From positions 221,751 to 285,750 of the forward strand of contig MU004242.1 in the NCBI GenBank assembly GCA_010405405.1: a stretch of 64,000 nt of DNA. Direction: 5' to 3'. Source of the DNA: Microthyrium microscopicum (Eukaryota). Under the pieces are notes generated by a model that searched no databases, was not told where the DNA came from, and saw only the letters and a program-made list of their open reading frames with translations. Position numbers and translations under genes: made by a program. Shown one piece after another: positions 12,924-25,857 of the stretch (position 1 is its first letter; each line of letters begins with the position of its first letter).

Positions 12924-14463
12924 ATGGCCTATCCAGACTACATGCTTCTCACGCTTTCATCGCCAGCAAAGCATAACCTCGACTACAAGTCTACTCATGA
13001 CTTCGCTGCTCAACGTACCATTTCAATATCCTCCGTGTTGTCAACACCTCCACCAGAACGCAATCTTACCAGTAACTACTTCTCGCCGGCAAAGATACTG
13101 GGATCAATATCATCATCGACCTCAAGAATGACAACGCCGCATCGGGGCCTTCCTCCTCCGGCTCCGCTGACTCTGCCAGATCCTAGCAGACTTCCACCTC
13201 CATTGCCTGGCCAATCTCACTCTAACCTTCCAGCTCCTCCGCCGCAATGGCACGGAATGGAGGAATCGATGCGGAATTGGCTCCATACGAAAGCAGAGGA
13301 AGAAAGAAGACGGCAAGAAGAGGAAAAGACGCAGCAAGAGCAACTCCGACTAGAGCAAAAGAAGATAGAGCAGAATATGCTGCAAGAGAGCATTCGATGT
13401 GGAGTACCGCCAAACTCGCTTCCCATGCTCTTTCTTGCGCTTGCTGGTGCCGGTGCTGCAGGCGTTGGAGCAGAAGTGTTCCAGCAGTACATTGCACAGT
13501 TCACAGCGCAGACACAACACATGCAACCAGCATCACCAGAAACTGGCCGAGATCGAATCATAACGCAAAGTCAATCTGGTGCCTATCCGGGTCCTCAATC
13601 AGTGCCGCCGACTCCTATTGGGGGGCAATACGCATCATTTGCTGGGACAAGAGCCGGGACTGTTTCTGGACCACCATCAGCTCAGAGAGCCCATTTTGCA
13701 GGAGGACTGCCTCGATTGGCAACAGAATCGGCTGCCGGAGTTCCAAGTGGATCTCAACAATCGTCTCAGCAACAAGAACCACAAACTCAAATTTCTTTCC
13801 ACCATTGGCAACCGCCTACTTCTCATCCTGATGCGTCAGCCGGGGTAACGCATCAGACACCCACAGCTCAAACAGGTAAGAGCAAGTTTTTTAGAAATTG
13901 AAGAAACCAGTCATCTTGGATTGCGACAGATCGGCAATGGTTTGCTTGATTAGCGATTTCTCACCCCAAGTCTTACCATCTGTTTTCCTCGTGTCAATGC
14001 TAATTCCTTGCTCTTTACAGATTACGCTAGTTCACCGAAAAAGCGAAAAGCGACCGGTTCTCATCAACCAGCTCCACCTCCCTCAAGCTCACTTCGATAT
14101 TCCGAATCACGAAGTCCGCGAGCAACCACTGGCCACTCTCGCCAAAGGAGCGATCTCTCCGCACGCGGAGCACCACTCCCTCATCTAGACGAGCGTCTTG
14201 TACGACCACGCGCCGAGACAATTGCAACAGAGCACAGCAGTGCAACAGACACAGCACGCTGGCAACCGCACCACTACCACCCGTCTTCACATCTCCAACA
14301 CCAACCACACAAACTTGAGCCAACCATTGAAAACCCGGGCTACGGCGCGTATGACGATCCAAGCAGGCGTCCACCACAGATTGCGCCTGGGAGCGCGACG
14401 CGGCTGCAAACAGGCGATGAGCGACCACGATCGAGGGACGACATTGAAATGGGAGAGAGGTAG
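12924..14463 (+). CDS. Fungal low-complexity P/Q-rich protein with coiled coil and NLS-like SPKKRK
   Basis: ORF 12924..13901 spliced (intron 13876..14020, GTAAGA..GCTAAT..TACAG) to ORF ending 14463; HRGLPPP and WLHTKAEEERRRQEEEK segments. Confidence 0.75.
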
Positions 14464-15929
14464 TTAAGAGAAGGTTATTTTGGCGCAAACCCCGACCATT
14501 TGCACGCATTGCCGTTTTGGTGCATATTGGGCGATCTTCCAATACTGCACAGACTCTGGTGGAGTGTGCTTGCTTTTTGCAAGCGACTGACCGTGTCTCT
14601 GCTCGCTCAACCACAAGTCTGCAACACCCTCGGTATTCCTCAGGATTTTATCTATTCACCAAGACCAACTGTAGAAACAACAAAAAATTCGGCAGTCTTG
14701 AGTGTGTGGAAGTTCGATGGGAAGGATTTCGATATCGTGAACCACGAGATCTCCGATCGCGCTAACTGGACCAATCACATCCTTCAAAAATACTCCAGGC
14801 ACCGTCTCATCGAAAAGTATTCCTCTATCAGAAATTCTGGAAACATCATTCTCGCTTGCTTTGTTGTCCGCATGACACGAGCATTTCTCACACAACTTGT
14901 ATTAACAGCTAACCATTGCATATTGCTTTGCCCCAGAACGAGTCCTAGGTTGAAGGATTCGTACAAAGTACCATCAGACGCAATATACCACAGGTCCACA
15001 AAGGAGCGCATTCCATGTACCATATATTCAAATCTAAGAACATTGTAGTATTGCCTGCGGGCGACAAATTATAAATTTCGAACTTTATAGCGAATTCCTC
15101 ACAATCCAGTGCAGTATCAAATTTGGCAAGGCCACGGATTATCCAATTTAACGTCAAAGGAACAGCACTAACAGACTAGATAATTCAGCGAAGAAGGGCA
15201 GGAATTTTCCTGAATCCAGATACATGTCGAGGCTTGAATGTGGGCATCTTGGAAACCCAACTTCCCAAAAATTACAGCAGGACTTTTGTGCTCGACAGCA
15301 AAAAGCTTGACCGATTCCCAGATTCAGCGAAGGACGCGCGTTCACCTCACTGGTCAACATTATTTGATCTGCTCGTTAGAAGGCCTCATCCGCAGCTTCA
15401 GCTGAACTCGGATTCATGCATAATCCGGTAGTAATGTTATTGCATATGCACGCGAAGGCACGGAATCTGCCAACGGCATTCAACCTGCAAGACGTCGAGA
15501 TCAATTACCCAACGGAGCTGAAATTGTCATGACGAATTCTGAAATGGCTTAACATATACCAGAAACATATAACTGGTCTATAACGAGGATCTTTTCGAGC
15601 GGTTGTCAGCTTTCGCTGCTTCGGTTCCCCATTTCTTCCGATATGTGAGGGAGAACGGAGCATGCTTTAAGCCAAAAGGAGGATTCGTAAGAGTGGGCCG
15701 AAAGAGAGGCTCGTACTTCCGCGAGTGGTAAATCAGAAGCTTGTCTTTACTGCAGAGGTGCTAGTTGAGGAAACTCAGGGTGATATCCAATATTGGGTGG
15801 CATTCCTGGGTTTCTGGTCTCAAATCCATTACAAACGGACCAGTCCTTTCGATAGCGAGAAATCCAAGTCTCCTACGCGCGAAGTCCATTGAACGCCAAA
15901 CAACGGTCATGAGAATTCATTTTCTATAT

Positions 15930-17149
15930 CTAAGTTGTACCAAAGTTAGGTGGCAAAGTAAACGGCCCTGGTCGTCCTCCATTGAGTGTTTTATAGTTCA
16001 ACCATTCGCCCAAACCAAGCTCCTTCTTCAGAGCCTCTCCGTCGACCGTCAACTTTCCGAGTCGTTCCACAAAGTTTGTATATGGTCTAGCCCCACCACA
16101 TTTCTCAAGCGGATTCACGGCAGCACCGACTTCGTCGTGAAAGCATGCTCCGCCGTTGAGCATGGCATTGTTGGCACCTGTAACAACAAACTCGCCATAT
16201 CTATCCGCTCTAGCCTTAACGTCTTCATACAACTGCTCTACCTCAGCAGGCTTCAACGCACCAGTCTCTGTCACGACTGGTGCTGGTCCTTGAGGCGCAT
16301 CGTATTTGCCTTGGTAGACTGCAGGCCCAGGAAAGCTATAATTGCCAGTCATGTTGTATATATTCGTCAACAGTCCAGGATCACTATACTTGTATCCACC
16401 AGGAAATTTAACACCGTCAGGCGTTACGGTCCCATCTCCAGTGACTTGGATGCTGAAACAGATAGGATAAAATTGGGCTCCTGAGAGTGGTGTGCCTCTC
16501 GAGGTCGGACTTCCCTTTTCGGCGACATGCAGTGCCATTAGCTCATGACGGAGGACGTATAGACCTGGTTCGATGTCGCTGGGTATTTGTGCCGTCCAAG
16601 TCTGGTTTTGCTTCATAAATGTGTCGCTGGCCCAGGTACGTGTTTTGGGATCATAGCCTGTTTGCTGAATCTTGAAGAATGGTATTTCTTGGGCTTTTTG
16701 GGTGCCGTCCCATGGTCCCATGTACTAAAGCATATCAGCCTAGACTAGAACATGATGAGACTCCGGACTTACTGTTAAGATAGGGCCTTTATGACTATCC
16801 ATCCATTTCGTCCATTTGAACTCTATTTGCGCCCCAGCACGAGCAACTGCTTTAAGGGCAGGAGCTGTTGCGGAGTTTCGACAACTGATGTCTGGTGACA
16901 TGGCATCTATTACGGGCCCGAAACCTTCTGCCATTATGGGACTGTAACTCCACATTATCCGTTTAGCGTTGAACTTGGGGTTGTTGTCGAGCCGTGGATC
17001 AAATCCAGGATATCTGATTTGATGGTTAGACTATTGGTTCGAGACAGACACAATAAGACACACGTAATGCCATCGATGGTAATGGTTTTGAGCATGGAAT
17101 GCGAAGCCACCAGGCCTGCAGATGCAAGCAGAATAGCTAGAGACTGCAT
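15930..17149 (-). CDS. AA9-type lytic polysaccharide monooxygenase with C-terminal extension
   Basis: Signal peptide followed directly by His (VAS/HSMLKTITIDG); SHKGPILTYM, GLYVLRHELMALH and GAQFYPICFSIQVTG; introns 17014..17063 and 16725..16772. Confidence 0.9.
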
Positions 17150-18253
17150 CGTGAAGGGATGCCTGAGTATGCAGAGTGTATTGGCGCAAAGTTCTTGTGA
17201 TAAGAGCTGTGTATAGGCGACTTTGTGTGTTGCTCCACCATTCGTTTGAGAGCTTCGAACCTTAAGCCAATAGCAAAGAACTTTTCACAATATATTGCTG
17301 GAAAGTGCGCTTGAAGGTTGAGTAGGACAAAAACTGTGACGCTTACACGTCTTTGAGGAGTGCGAGTAAATTTACTGGAGGGCAAAAGTTCGTATCTCTA
17401 GAGTACCATGGCATATAGACATGGGGAGAACACGAGAACGGCAATCAATACCAATTCGGACAAATTAGATGTAATAGTACAATTGGTGTGAATGCATCTA
17501 TGAAGCCATTGACACAATGCAAGACAAGAAAGAGGGTTGTATTTGGTTTCTGGTTAAAATAATGAAAAATTTGTATTTGATGCTGGACAGTCACTTCTAC
17601 TCCATTGTATGATTGTTAAGAGGATGGAATCTGCTATAGATACCGTGGTGAACGATATAGAGGTACATATTGGCCAAATATAGTTCTTAATATCGACACG
17701 TCCAATGACCTGAGAGATGGGTCCGTCACAAAGTCTTTTGCGAGTATTGCTGAGACCACGCAACGTAGCCGTCCATTCTGAACTGATATTTTGTTCAATC
17801 ATAGTATTGTCCACTCGTGCGTTTCCTTATTTCGTCGTTGGAGACACTCCTTTAATCTAAGGCGAAAGCCATAGATCGATATCGAGGTAGGTGTCTTGGG
17901 CTCATAGACCTACAACTCAGGACGACCACCATTATACTTGGAAATGTCCAGAGAAATCACAATCAGTCCATCAAATGATTGGCCTCCAAAGCAAGCCTGA
18001 ATAATATACAGAAAGTTTATTTGGTTTACGGAAGCCGAAGAGCTACAAAAACCAACCCTTACAATTTGCGGCCACAATCCTTATTTGAGAAACTTAACAT
18101 GACATTTCAAGGGCATTATAGCTTCCAGCAACCTAAGTAACTTAAAATCCGCTTGAACTCTCTCACCAATGCAACGGTGCAGTCTCAGCCTTACCGTCAG
18201 CCTTATGGAGGCAGGTACGCACAGACCATCGCCATTACTACACGTCTTACTCC

Positions 18254-19431
18254 ATGCCAAACGCGTCCATCAAAAGCTTCATTTTCACCGATTTAACAAG
18301 TGATGACGTCTCAATAATAGCCATGCCCAGCATGTCAGCATCTCACAATAGCCAGGGCGCCATTGCTATACCCCCAAGTCCGCAGCAAGGCCATAGACGG
18401 AGGATATCGACTGCCCCGACGCAGAAAAATGTCAAGGAGGTGATTTTGACGGATTTGCGAATAGAGGCCTGGTACCCATCATTTTATCCTGAAGAACTGA
18501 TTGGAAAATTGGCAGAAAGGCTTTTTGTGTGCAAATGGTGTTTCAAATATACTACAAAATTGATCCAGTTTATGGAACATAGTAAGGTGAGGCCATACTT
18601 AATTGATCACATGGGTTGGGTTAACAAACGAAGTGCTGCGAACTACAAACACCTGGGTCGATAGGCACTCTTCTCTATGAGAAAGGCGCAATTTCGATTT
18701 ACGAAGTCGACGGAGAAGAGAACAAGGTATGACTCCACAATAGCATCAAAAGTGACTCTCATTTTAACACATATCAAGCTCTTCGCGCAAAACCTGTCTC
18801 TTTTTGCCAAACTCTTCTTGGACACTAAATCAGTCTTTTATGATGTTACCACATTTCTCTATTACATCCTGTATCACCAAAACCCGGAGGAGCCTAATGA
18901 ACCCCCTCGAATCGTGGGGTTTTTCAGCAAGGAAAAGCTGAGTTGGGATAGTAACAACTTGGCTTGTATCTGCATATTTCCGCCGTGGCAAAAGCTACGC
19001 TTTGGGCAAATACTCATGGGCGTAAGCTATGAGCTGAGCAAATCAGATGGTCGTCTAGGAGGACCAGAGAAACGTGAGTGTGCTGCCCCTACATCTTTGA
19101 TCGAATTTGACACAATATGTTAGCGCTTTCAGAGCTTGGAAGAAAAGCATATATTCATTATTGGGCAGCGACAATTGCCAGACTTGTCGTCCGACTACCC
19201 GCCAAGAAGAAAATTTCTGTTCAAGAGATCACCGAAGCGACCTCCATCCTTCCAGAGGACATTATTGCTACACTCAAGGAAATGGATCTAATGGAACGGA
19301 AGCGCGATCGAGATGGACACGCCTATGTAAACAAATCTGCAGTGATATCCTGGATGGCCATGAACCGAGTCGACATGATGGGTCCAGTCGACGAAAATGC
19401 GTTTGTCACTCAGGAAACGATCGATGAATGA
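18254..19431 (+). CDS. SAS2: MYST histone acetyltransferase without chromodomain (SAS2-like); start may be 18323
   Basis: WYPSFYPEE, C2HC finger VCKWCFKY..H..C, QNLSLFAKLFLDTKSVFYDV, GFFSKEK, NLACI and GGPEKPLSELG; three introns. Confidence 0.8.
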
Positions 19432-19474
19432 TGAGAGCATTCGAAATCTTCGATTTCACTATTCCTTCAAATAT

Positions 19475-20451
19475 TTACAATTGGGCTGGGATAATTCTGT
19501 TCAACCCAATCAACAATTGACGATCAAGGGCCCATATAGGTCCACTCACGCCTTCTTGTTCTTGATATGCTCATCGAACCAAAAGACGGCCTGCAGGAAA
19601 GCTTGTTCCTTGGCGTATTTGATCACTGGATTGCTAAGGTCTCCACGTACGGAAAATCCATGACTCACTCCAGAGTATAGATTGATTTGGTATGTGGCCT
19701 TGAGCTCTTGTAGGATCTTTTCGCTTTCGTGGCGTTTCTCGGCAGGGAAGATAGCATCGGTTTCTACGTCAAATCATTAGCCGTGATCAAATCACTGAAA
19801 GCACCATAATTACCAGCTGCGGCGATACTCAATGGTCCCTCAATACCCCGGAGCTCATCAGCATCGACAAAACTTGGATGTGCGACGTAGCCTGCGTCAA
19901 TAACACCTTTCTTCAGGTTGCGGATCACGTTCTTCGCGCCCCAGCAATATCCTACAGCACCAATAGTTTTGGCACCATATTTCTCCTTCAGCTCTTTCAG
20001 GATCGTAGCCGCAATCTTATCTCCCTTCTCTGTTGTGTGTCCTTCGCGCCACTTCATAAAGTCGAAATCACCTGGCCGGTTTAGAGGCAATGCATCTCCG
20101 TCAAACTGGTCCACTGAGACAACAAAGTAGCCATTGGCGGCAAATTGGTCCGCGATGAGTTTGGCATTATCGACATTGTGTCCCATCACGTCCGGGCTGT
20201 CAGAGATCAGCGATTTGACTCAATTGGTTTTGTCATTGGAATGGAACATACAAGATGAGAATAGCTTTGTCAGTCTTCTTGTCCTCGGGATAGGTCACAT
20301 AGTATTCAACTATACACTGTCAGCGCAAGTGTTCCGCAGTCTCTCAACTGTACTCCAACGTACCATTGTCAACCTTCTCCAGCTTTCCGAAAGTCTCGCC
20401 TTCATGTTTGACACCTTGCACGCAGCATGCTGCGGGTGGATGAGAAGCCAT
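19475..20451 (-). CDS. Dienelactone hydrolase family protein (ends 19546 if the last putative intron is retained)
   Basis: MASHPPAACCVQG start, FPDVMG, GAVGYCWGAK nucleophile elbow, AHPS and HGFSVRGD; three clear introns plus a putative terminal intron 19497..19549. Confidence 0.9.
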
Positions 20452-21083
20452 TGTGGTATTTTTAGAGTGAAATGAAGACTAGTGGTCAGTGATAGAAGTG
20501 AGGCTCAACGAAGCTTTTCTGATGAAAATGGTTCAACCCGGAATTCGGAAGGCCAGGAAGCCTTTAAACGTCAATGGCCCCTGATAGTCGTCATTGCTAG
20601 TACAACTTTATGCCCCTCCTGTTTCGGCTTTTATTTAACCCTTACAAACAAACAACAGGCCCCACCAACCCCGCTATTGATCACCATATCATTGTGCTTG
20701 CTATCCCTAAACAACCGAAGCGGGAAGTTCTCTTGTAAAAGGGGTTCCTATGAGAGCCGGGACAAGTGATATCGGCTTTGTATATCGACAACCTGATTGC
20801 GGGTGTGGACGTCACCAGTCCGATCAGTGATACTCCAAGGACGACTTGACTGAAGGACCCGATTTACAGAGTTTTATAGTTTATCTTTATTTCTAAACAG
20901 TTCATAAACAAGCTGGTCTGTGACGCAGGGTCTGACTTATTGCATAGAGTAGTTCTCCATTGGGGTGGGATAGTGTCGACAAGGGACAGATAGAGAAGAA
21001 GTGCTTAAAATCCTACCAATATAAAATCATACAACAAGTATTACCAGTTTTGTTGAGAACATGTAATCTAACATTACTACCTC

Positions 21084-21676
21084 CTACAAGACATACAAGA
21101 AAGACTCTGGACCGTCATTGCTTTGATTTTACCTTGCTCGGTTGTTGTGTGTATAGTAAATGATCTGCTGAATTAAAGCTAACGCAATACCAACGTAAAC
21201 CATGATAATCATAGTTCTCAAACCATTCTCGTTACTATTACGGTTGTTAATTCAAGTTACATCTGCGGACAGGAGCCGACTGACAGCGGAAGATTGCCAG
21301 CACGAAAGTACTGCGTACCAACCATCCAACCAGATATCGCTGACATGACCCACATCCTGTCCAGATATTAGTGGAGCTCAATTTAGGATGGAAGGAGACG
21401 TACGAGATAGCGATACTTCTTTCTCTGGCGTCTTGACAGTTCAGTTGGACCCATGACATATGAGAAGGATGGTATCCCACATCGAAACTGTTGACGAGCG
21501 TGCAAAGGCCCAAGGTCGACCACCCTCCGACATGTGGTTGGACTGAATGAGCTACTATAAGTGCGATCAAGTATAGCACTTGAGCAAATGTAACAGAGAA
21601 TCCGCGTTGGTTCGTCTGATCACTAAAATGGGCGACGGCAAATACTACCAGCAAAGCTAAAGAAGCACCGACACTG
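21084..21676 (-). pseudogene. 3' remnant of a DAL5/allantoate-family MFS transporter
   Basis: SVGASLALLVVFAVAHFSDQTNQRG..GYHPSHMSWVQLNC..ERSIAISMWVMSAISGWMVGTQYFR..GLRTMIIMV; two introns retained; in-frame TAA at 21129..21131; no N-terminal half. Confidence 0.8.
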
Positions 21677-22027
21677 CTTGCTGGAAGAGCAGTGTTACCA
21701 CCAGTAGAGGGACAGGAAAAGTGGGAGCAAGATCGTATCGTGGAGAGAGAAGACGGTCCAAAGTTCAGTTTGGTATATACTGACTTTGAGGACTATTTCG
21801 AGACGGTGTGAACATTGGCTGGACCAGGCGAGAACGGTCTGGGTCGATAACTACCACCATTCAGACGAGAGTGGTTCAAAGCACTCCTGGATGGATTGGA
21901 ACTTCGAAAGAAGGCATGGCGTCAATTCAACGCTAGAGCTTGGGCTGAAATGGATGTAAATTTGGCCAGTCTACTATTGGAGATGGCCGCCAGAAGCTGG
22001 GATCGCCACCTCCAACGTATGGATTGA
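21674..22027 (+). pseudogene. 3' remnant of a flavin-containing monooxygenase (FMO)-like gene
   Basis: LLAGRAVLPPVEGQEKWEQDRIVEREDGPKFSLVYTDFEDYFETV*TLAGPGENGLGR*LPPFRREWF, recalled as resembling fungal FMO C-termini; stops at 21809 and 21848. Confidence 0.7.
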
Positions 22028-22205
22028 GTCTTGAAAATCTTCCAAGGATATCAGATGGTGGTTTTGGTGTTACTAATGTCAGATAATAAATTGCTCGCCA
22101 GTTAAAGTCGTGTTTCGTAATATTAGATCGAACAATTTTGGCGGCTGTATGCTTAAAGCATCAACGTCCAAAGCAAGACACATGCGCGTTTGTCGTGTGC
22201 AAGGT

Positions 22206-24539
22206 CTATATAACATTTTGGACTTGATCTATAATACATTAGCAAAGGCTTAAATTCAATCTGGGGGTATTAACCTCTCATTCCTCCTAGAGCCTCGAAA
22301 GCCGTGGCATAATTCTGAAAAACAGTGAAGATAGACGAGAATCCCATTCGAACGCGCATAAGAAGTCCATCAGCAACATCAGAATCCAGGCCAGTGTTGC
22401 CCTGGAGTGTTGCTACCGTCCGATTATTTATCATAGCCAGAGTGTACGTGCATTGCATAGCACAGCAGGCCAATGATGGCATTAATCGAGGTGCAACAAT
22501 CAAAGACATTGGAGCAAGGTAGCAAGGCGATTCGCAGATTTCGCCTGTTGGATTCGGGAATGGCAAGTCGTTGAAGGTCGCGGCAATGGTGAGAGCAGCC
22601 TTGAGGCAGATCTCCGTAGACTCTTGCCTGCTAAATGGTAGCAGATAAGCCACGCTCGTTTTTGACTCTTCGGATAAGCCTGATGTAGAATTGAGTAAGA
22701 TGGATGAGCTTGTTGAGGAGTTAACACAGGAAACGGAATCTAGATCACAGTATTTGCCTGCAAACACTGGATTGTCAAAGAAGGCACAGTATCTGTGTAT
22801 CTTGATTCTTGCGCTAAGCCGGTCAGTGATGATCGTTAGACGTCAAAAGTTCAACTTACCTGCCTAGCTTGATACGGGCTATACATCGAAGAGCCCGAGA
22901 AACAACTTGTTCCGATCTGTCTACTGGGGAGCTGGTTGAGCCTTGTAAGATCCAAGCATCAGCTGCGATATTGAGAGACTCGACATGATATTCAAGTCCT
23001 TTCATGCGCTCGTAGAAGATGGATATATCAGAGTTGGCCTTAACCGCTCTGACCAGGTCAACAGCAAAACAGGTACAGGCCAGAACAGTCCTTTGAGCTT
23101 GTACGAAAAGCTCAAACGCCTGGAGAATCATGTTAGTGCTGAGTTTGATTTCGTTAGTCCTTTAGATGGGGAGTAACGTACCTCGTGATCACACTCTAAT
23201 AGGGGATACTTTGTCTTGAAGCTCGAGTTGAAGTCCAAGGGGCTAGTTTGCTGATTTTACGTTAGTTGAAACTTAAGAAAACCTTGTTACAGAACTAACA
23301 GAATTGCTCACGATCGTGGCTTGAGTGACACATATATACTAAAACAGGTTAATAAGGGGGTTCGACTTGGGACCGCCTAACATACTGTCATCCACCATAC
23401 TCGACTCTTCGCTGCGAAGTCTTCATCTTCATCCTCGCAGTTGTTAAGCGACAAAGCCAATGCAGACATCAACGCTTGGCCTGCTCTAGCTTGCATCTTC
23501 TTCAAGTTGCCTCGTTGCGCATACTCGTAAAAGCTAAGAATGTTCAAAGCAATGATATCCTCCAGCTCTTGGGGGACTTGGGCATGAAATCTCTGCTTTG
23601 AACTTTCTTTTCTAGGCAGTGCAAGGGCCTCGGAAGGTTGGATAGTTTCTGGCATCTCGTTCTCATTTTCAATACATTCTATGGCAGACTGTGCGAAATA
23701 TTGTGCATACATTCGTCTAAACAATACTGACTCTGTTGTTTGATAAGACATGTCATCAGCACAGGGAATTAGTGTTAGCACAGCTGAGATAGCAAGGCCT
23801 AAAGGACTCGCTGGCTCAAAAGCAGGAACTTCTCCTTGAAGGTGTGAGACTGGGCGATCTATGGGTGTTTGGTTTGGTGCGGGAAGAATCGGAAAGAATG
23901 GATGTATATAAATGTAGTAGGCGTCAATTCTGTCATACTCAGTATCTTCTACCATGAATCTTGGCGATCATTGACCTACATGGCTTCATTGCTTTGATAC
24001 GTCCTCACCATAGGTACTGCAGGCAGAGGCGCGACTGGGGATTGCGACATGTCTGATAGCTCTGATAGCTCTGCTGGAAAGAGGTTTTCGAAAATGAAAT
24101 CGCTATCTTGATAGAGATCCGCGAATTGCCTTAAACCCGCACCTGGTTCGATTAACCTTTCGAGAGGAAGCTCTATATGGATTTAGTAAATCAACCTCAT
24201 GTGATGCATGGACTCACGTTGCTGAGGCATGTTTTCCAGAGCGATTTCGGTTGGAGTTTTCTCGCGAGGTTTCCTTACTCGAGCACCACCTCTTCTGCTG
24301 GGCCGGTAGCTACAATCTCGCCCTCTTGTTTGACACTAAAAATGGTTACTCGGATGCCATCTCATGTGATGTTGTAGGCGCAACCTACACTTCTACACGG
24401 TCGTTCTCCATCACAGCGAGTTTTCAACGATCTACTAGAAGACTGTTAGAGATATTTCCTCACAAGCGATACCAGATATTCACCACGATAAGCAGGCGAC
24501 CTTCACAGGCGGCGCTGGGCCTTCTTGCTCTAATCTCAT
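22206..24539 (-). CDS. Zn(II)2Cys6 transcription factor with fungal TF middle-homology region
   Basis: Spliced N-terminus ACLSCRSLKTRCDGERPCRSCQTRGRDCSY; YYIYIHPFFPILP, YEYAQRGN and RVWWMT; multi-exon. Confidence 0.85.
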
Positions 24540-24903
24540 CGACTCTGTTTGTAAAGCTGTTGATAGTTTGTGATGTATGCAAGTTGCTCCAAAGTCTAGA
24601 GTAGAGATGGGAGGCCCGATATATAGAAGAACCCCGAGAGTTGTCCGTCATGCAGCTGTACATAGCTGCAGGCCAAATACCTACCCAGTCATCTTATCCG
24701 ACGAAAGGGGGCTTAGATTGTGAAAAGAAAGTGTTTCATGTACGAGGTCAATGTGAGAATAAAGAATCTATCGGTGTAGCCCCTGCAAATCCTTACCGCA
24801 CAACTGCTTAGCTGCTCCCCAATTAGTAGTACCAGTGGCGAGGAAACTAAAAATACCCACTAATGCCCTTTATACAGAGATGTACATGTAGCTTTTTATA
24901 TGT

Positions 24904-25488
24904 TTAGGAACTAGGCGTATCCAAAAGTAAGTCTTCATCATAACTCTCCCCATAATGAAATATTCGAACCATTTTTTCCTCTCCATTCTCAAGAGCTACA
25001 ATTATTCTCGAATCGTAGTACTGTTCTCCGTAGTAGACTCGAAGTCGTTCAACGATCTCGGCTGAAGACACATGCCATATTACACCTTCGACAGTAGTAT
25101 CGTGCATCTCATATCCTTGACACAGCACAGCGTACCGTCCAGAGTACTTGATACAAGAGTGTGTGGTATGCGCTTTCACCACTGCTGGCGGCTCATCAAG
25201 TCTAGCAACTTCCGCAAGAACATGAAGGTCTTTCAGTGAGTCGTAGAAGAAATACCACTCTGGCTCTGCTGGTGGTGGAACAAGATCTATTCTTGTATAT
25301 TGTAGGTGAGTACCATTGAGGCGGTCGACCCATTGGCCCTTGAAATCTGCTTGAGATGTTTTCGTGGACCTTGTAGTGGTGAACTTTGCCTTGTTGGAGC
25401 TTCTGCGCGCGGGATTCTTTTTGGAGACCTTCTTGGAGACTTTCATTATGATGTCGCTGCTATCCGTCCGATATTCTAGTCGTCGCAA
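24904..25488 (-). CDS. AIG2/gamma-glutamylcyclotransferase-like protein (divergent; start uncertain, ATG at 25446)
   Basis: WYFFYDSLKD..VL, IKYSGRYAVL, VEGVIWHV and ERLRVYYGEQY follow the GGCT-like pattern. Confidence 0.65.
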   Translation of the reverse strand: MRRLEYRTDSSDIIMKVSKKVSKKNPARRSSNKAKFTTTRSTKTSQADFKGQWVDRLNGTHLQYTRIDLVPPPAEPEWYFFYDSLKDLHVLAEVARLDEPPAVVKAHTTHSCIKYSGRYAVLCQGYEMHDTTVEGVIWHVSSAEIVERLRVYYGEQYYDSRIIVALENGEEKMVRIFHYGESYDEDLLLDTPSS

Positions 25489-25857
25489 ATTAGCTTGGTC
25501 ATGTTCGTCAATGGCTGTCTGGGATCAATACCTGGGAAAGTAATTGAGGTTGATAGGCAAGGGGGAAACAAAGCGTTCTACAAATGGGTTTGAGGTTGAG
25601 GTTGCAATGAGGCCAAAATGTTTCCTGGGAAGCGAATCGTCACTATTCATTTAGTTTACCCGTTAGGCGGGCAGGATTCTCGACCACATCGGACAGTTGG
25701 ATATAAGAACGTTGTAAAGGATATTCACAGTATATTGGTACATAATGAACAACCAAAGACTTATTATTTAAGTGAGAAAGTGACTATGTACATCATGATC
25801 GTAGAAGGCTCCTGGTCGTCAAACAAGTTCACTAGTAAGCACTAAGACAGAATATTT

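Noticed and set aside
14500..15048. 182-aa plus-strand ORF downstream of the P/Q-rich gene
   Set aside because: TTG start, atypical composition and no motif; likely 3' UTR or intergenic
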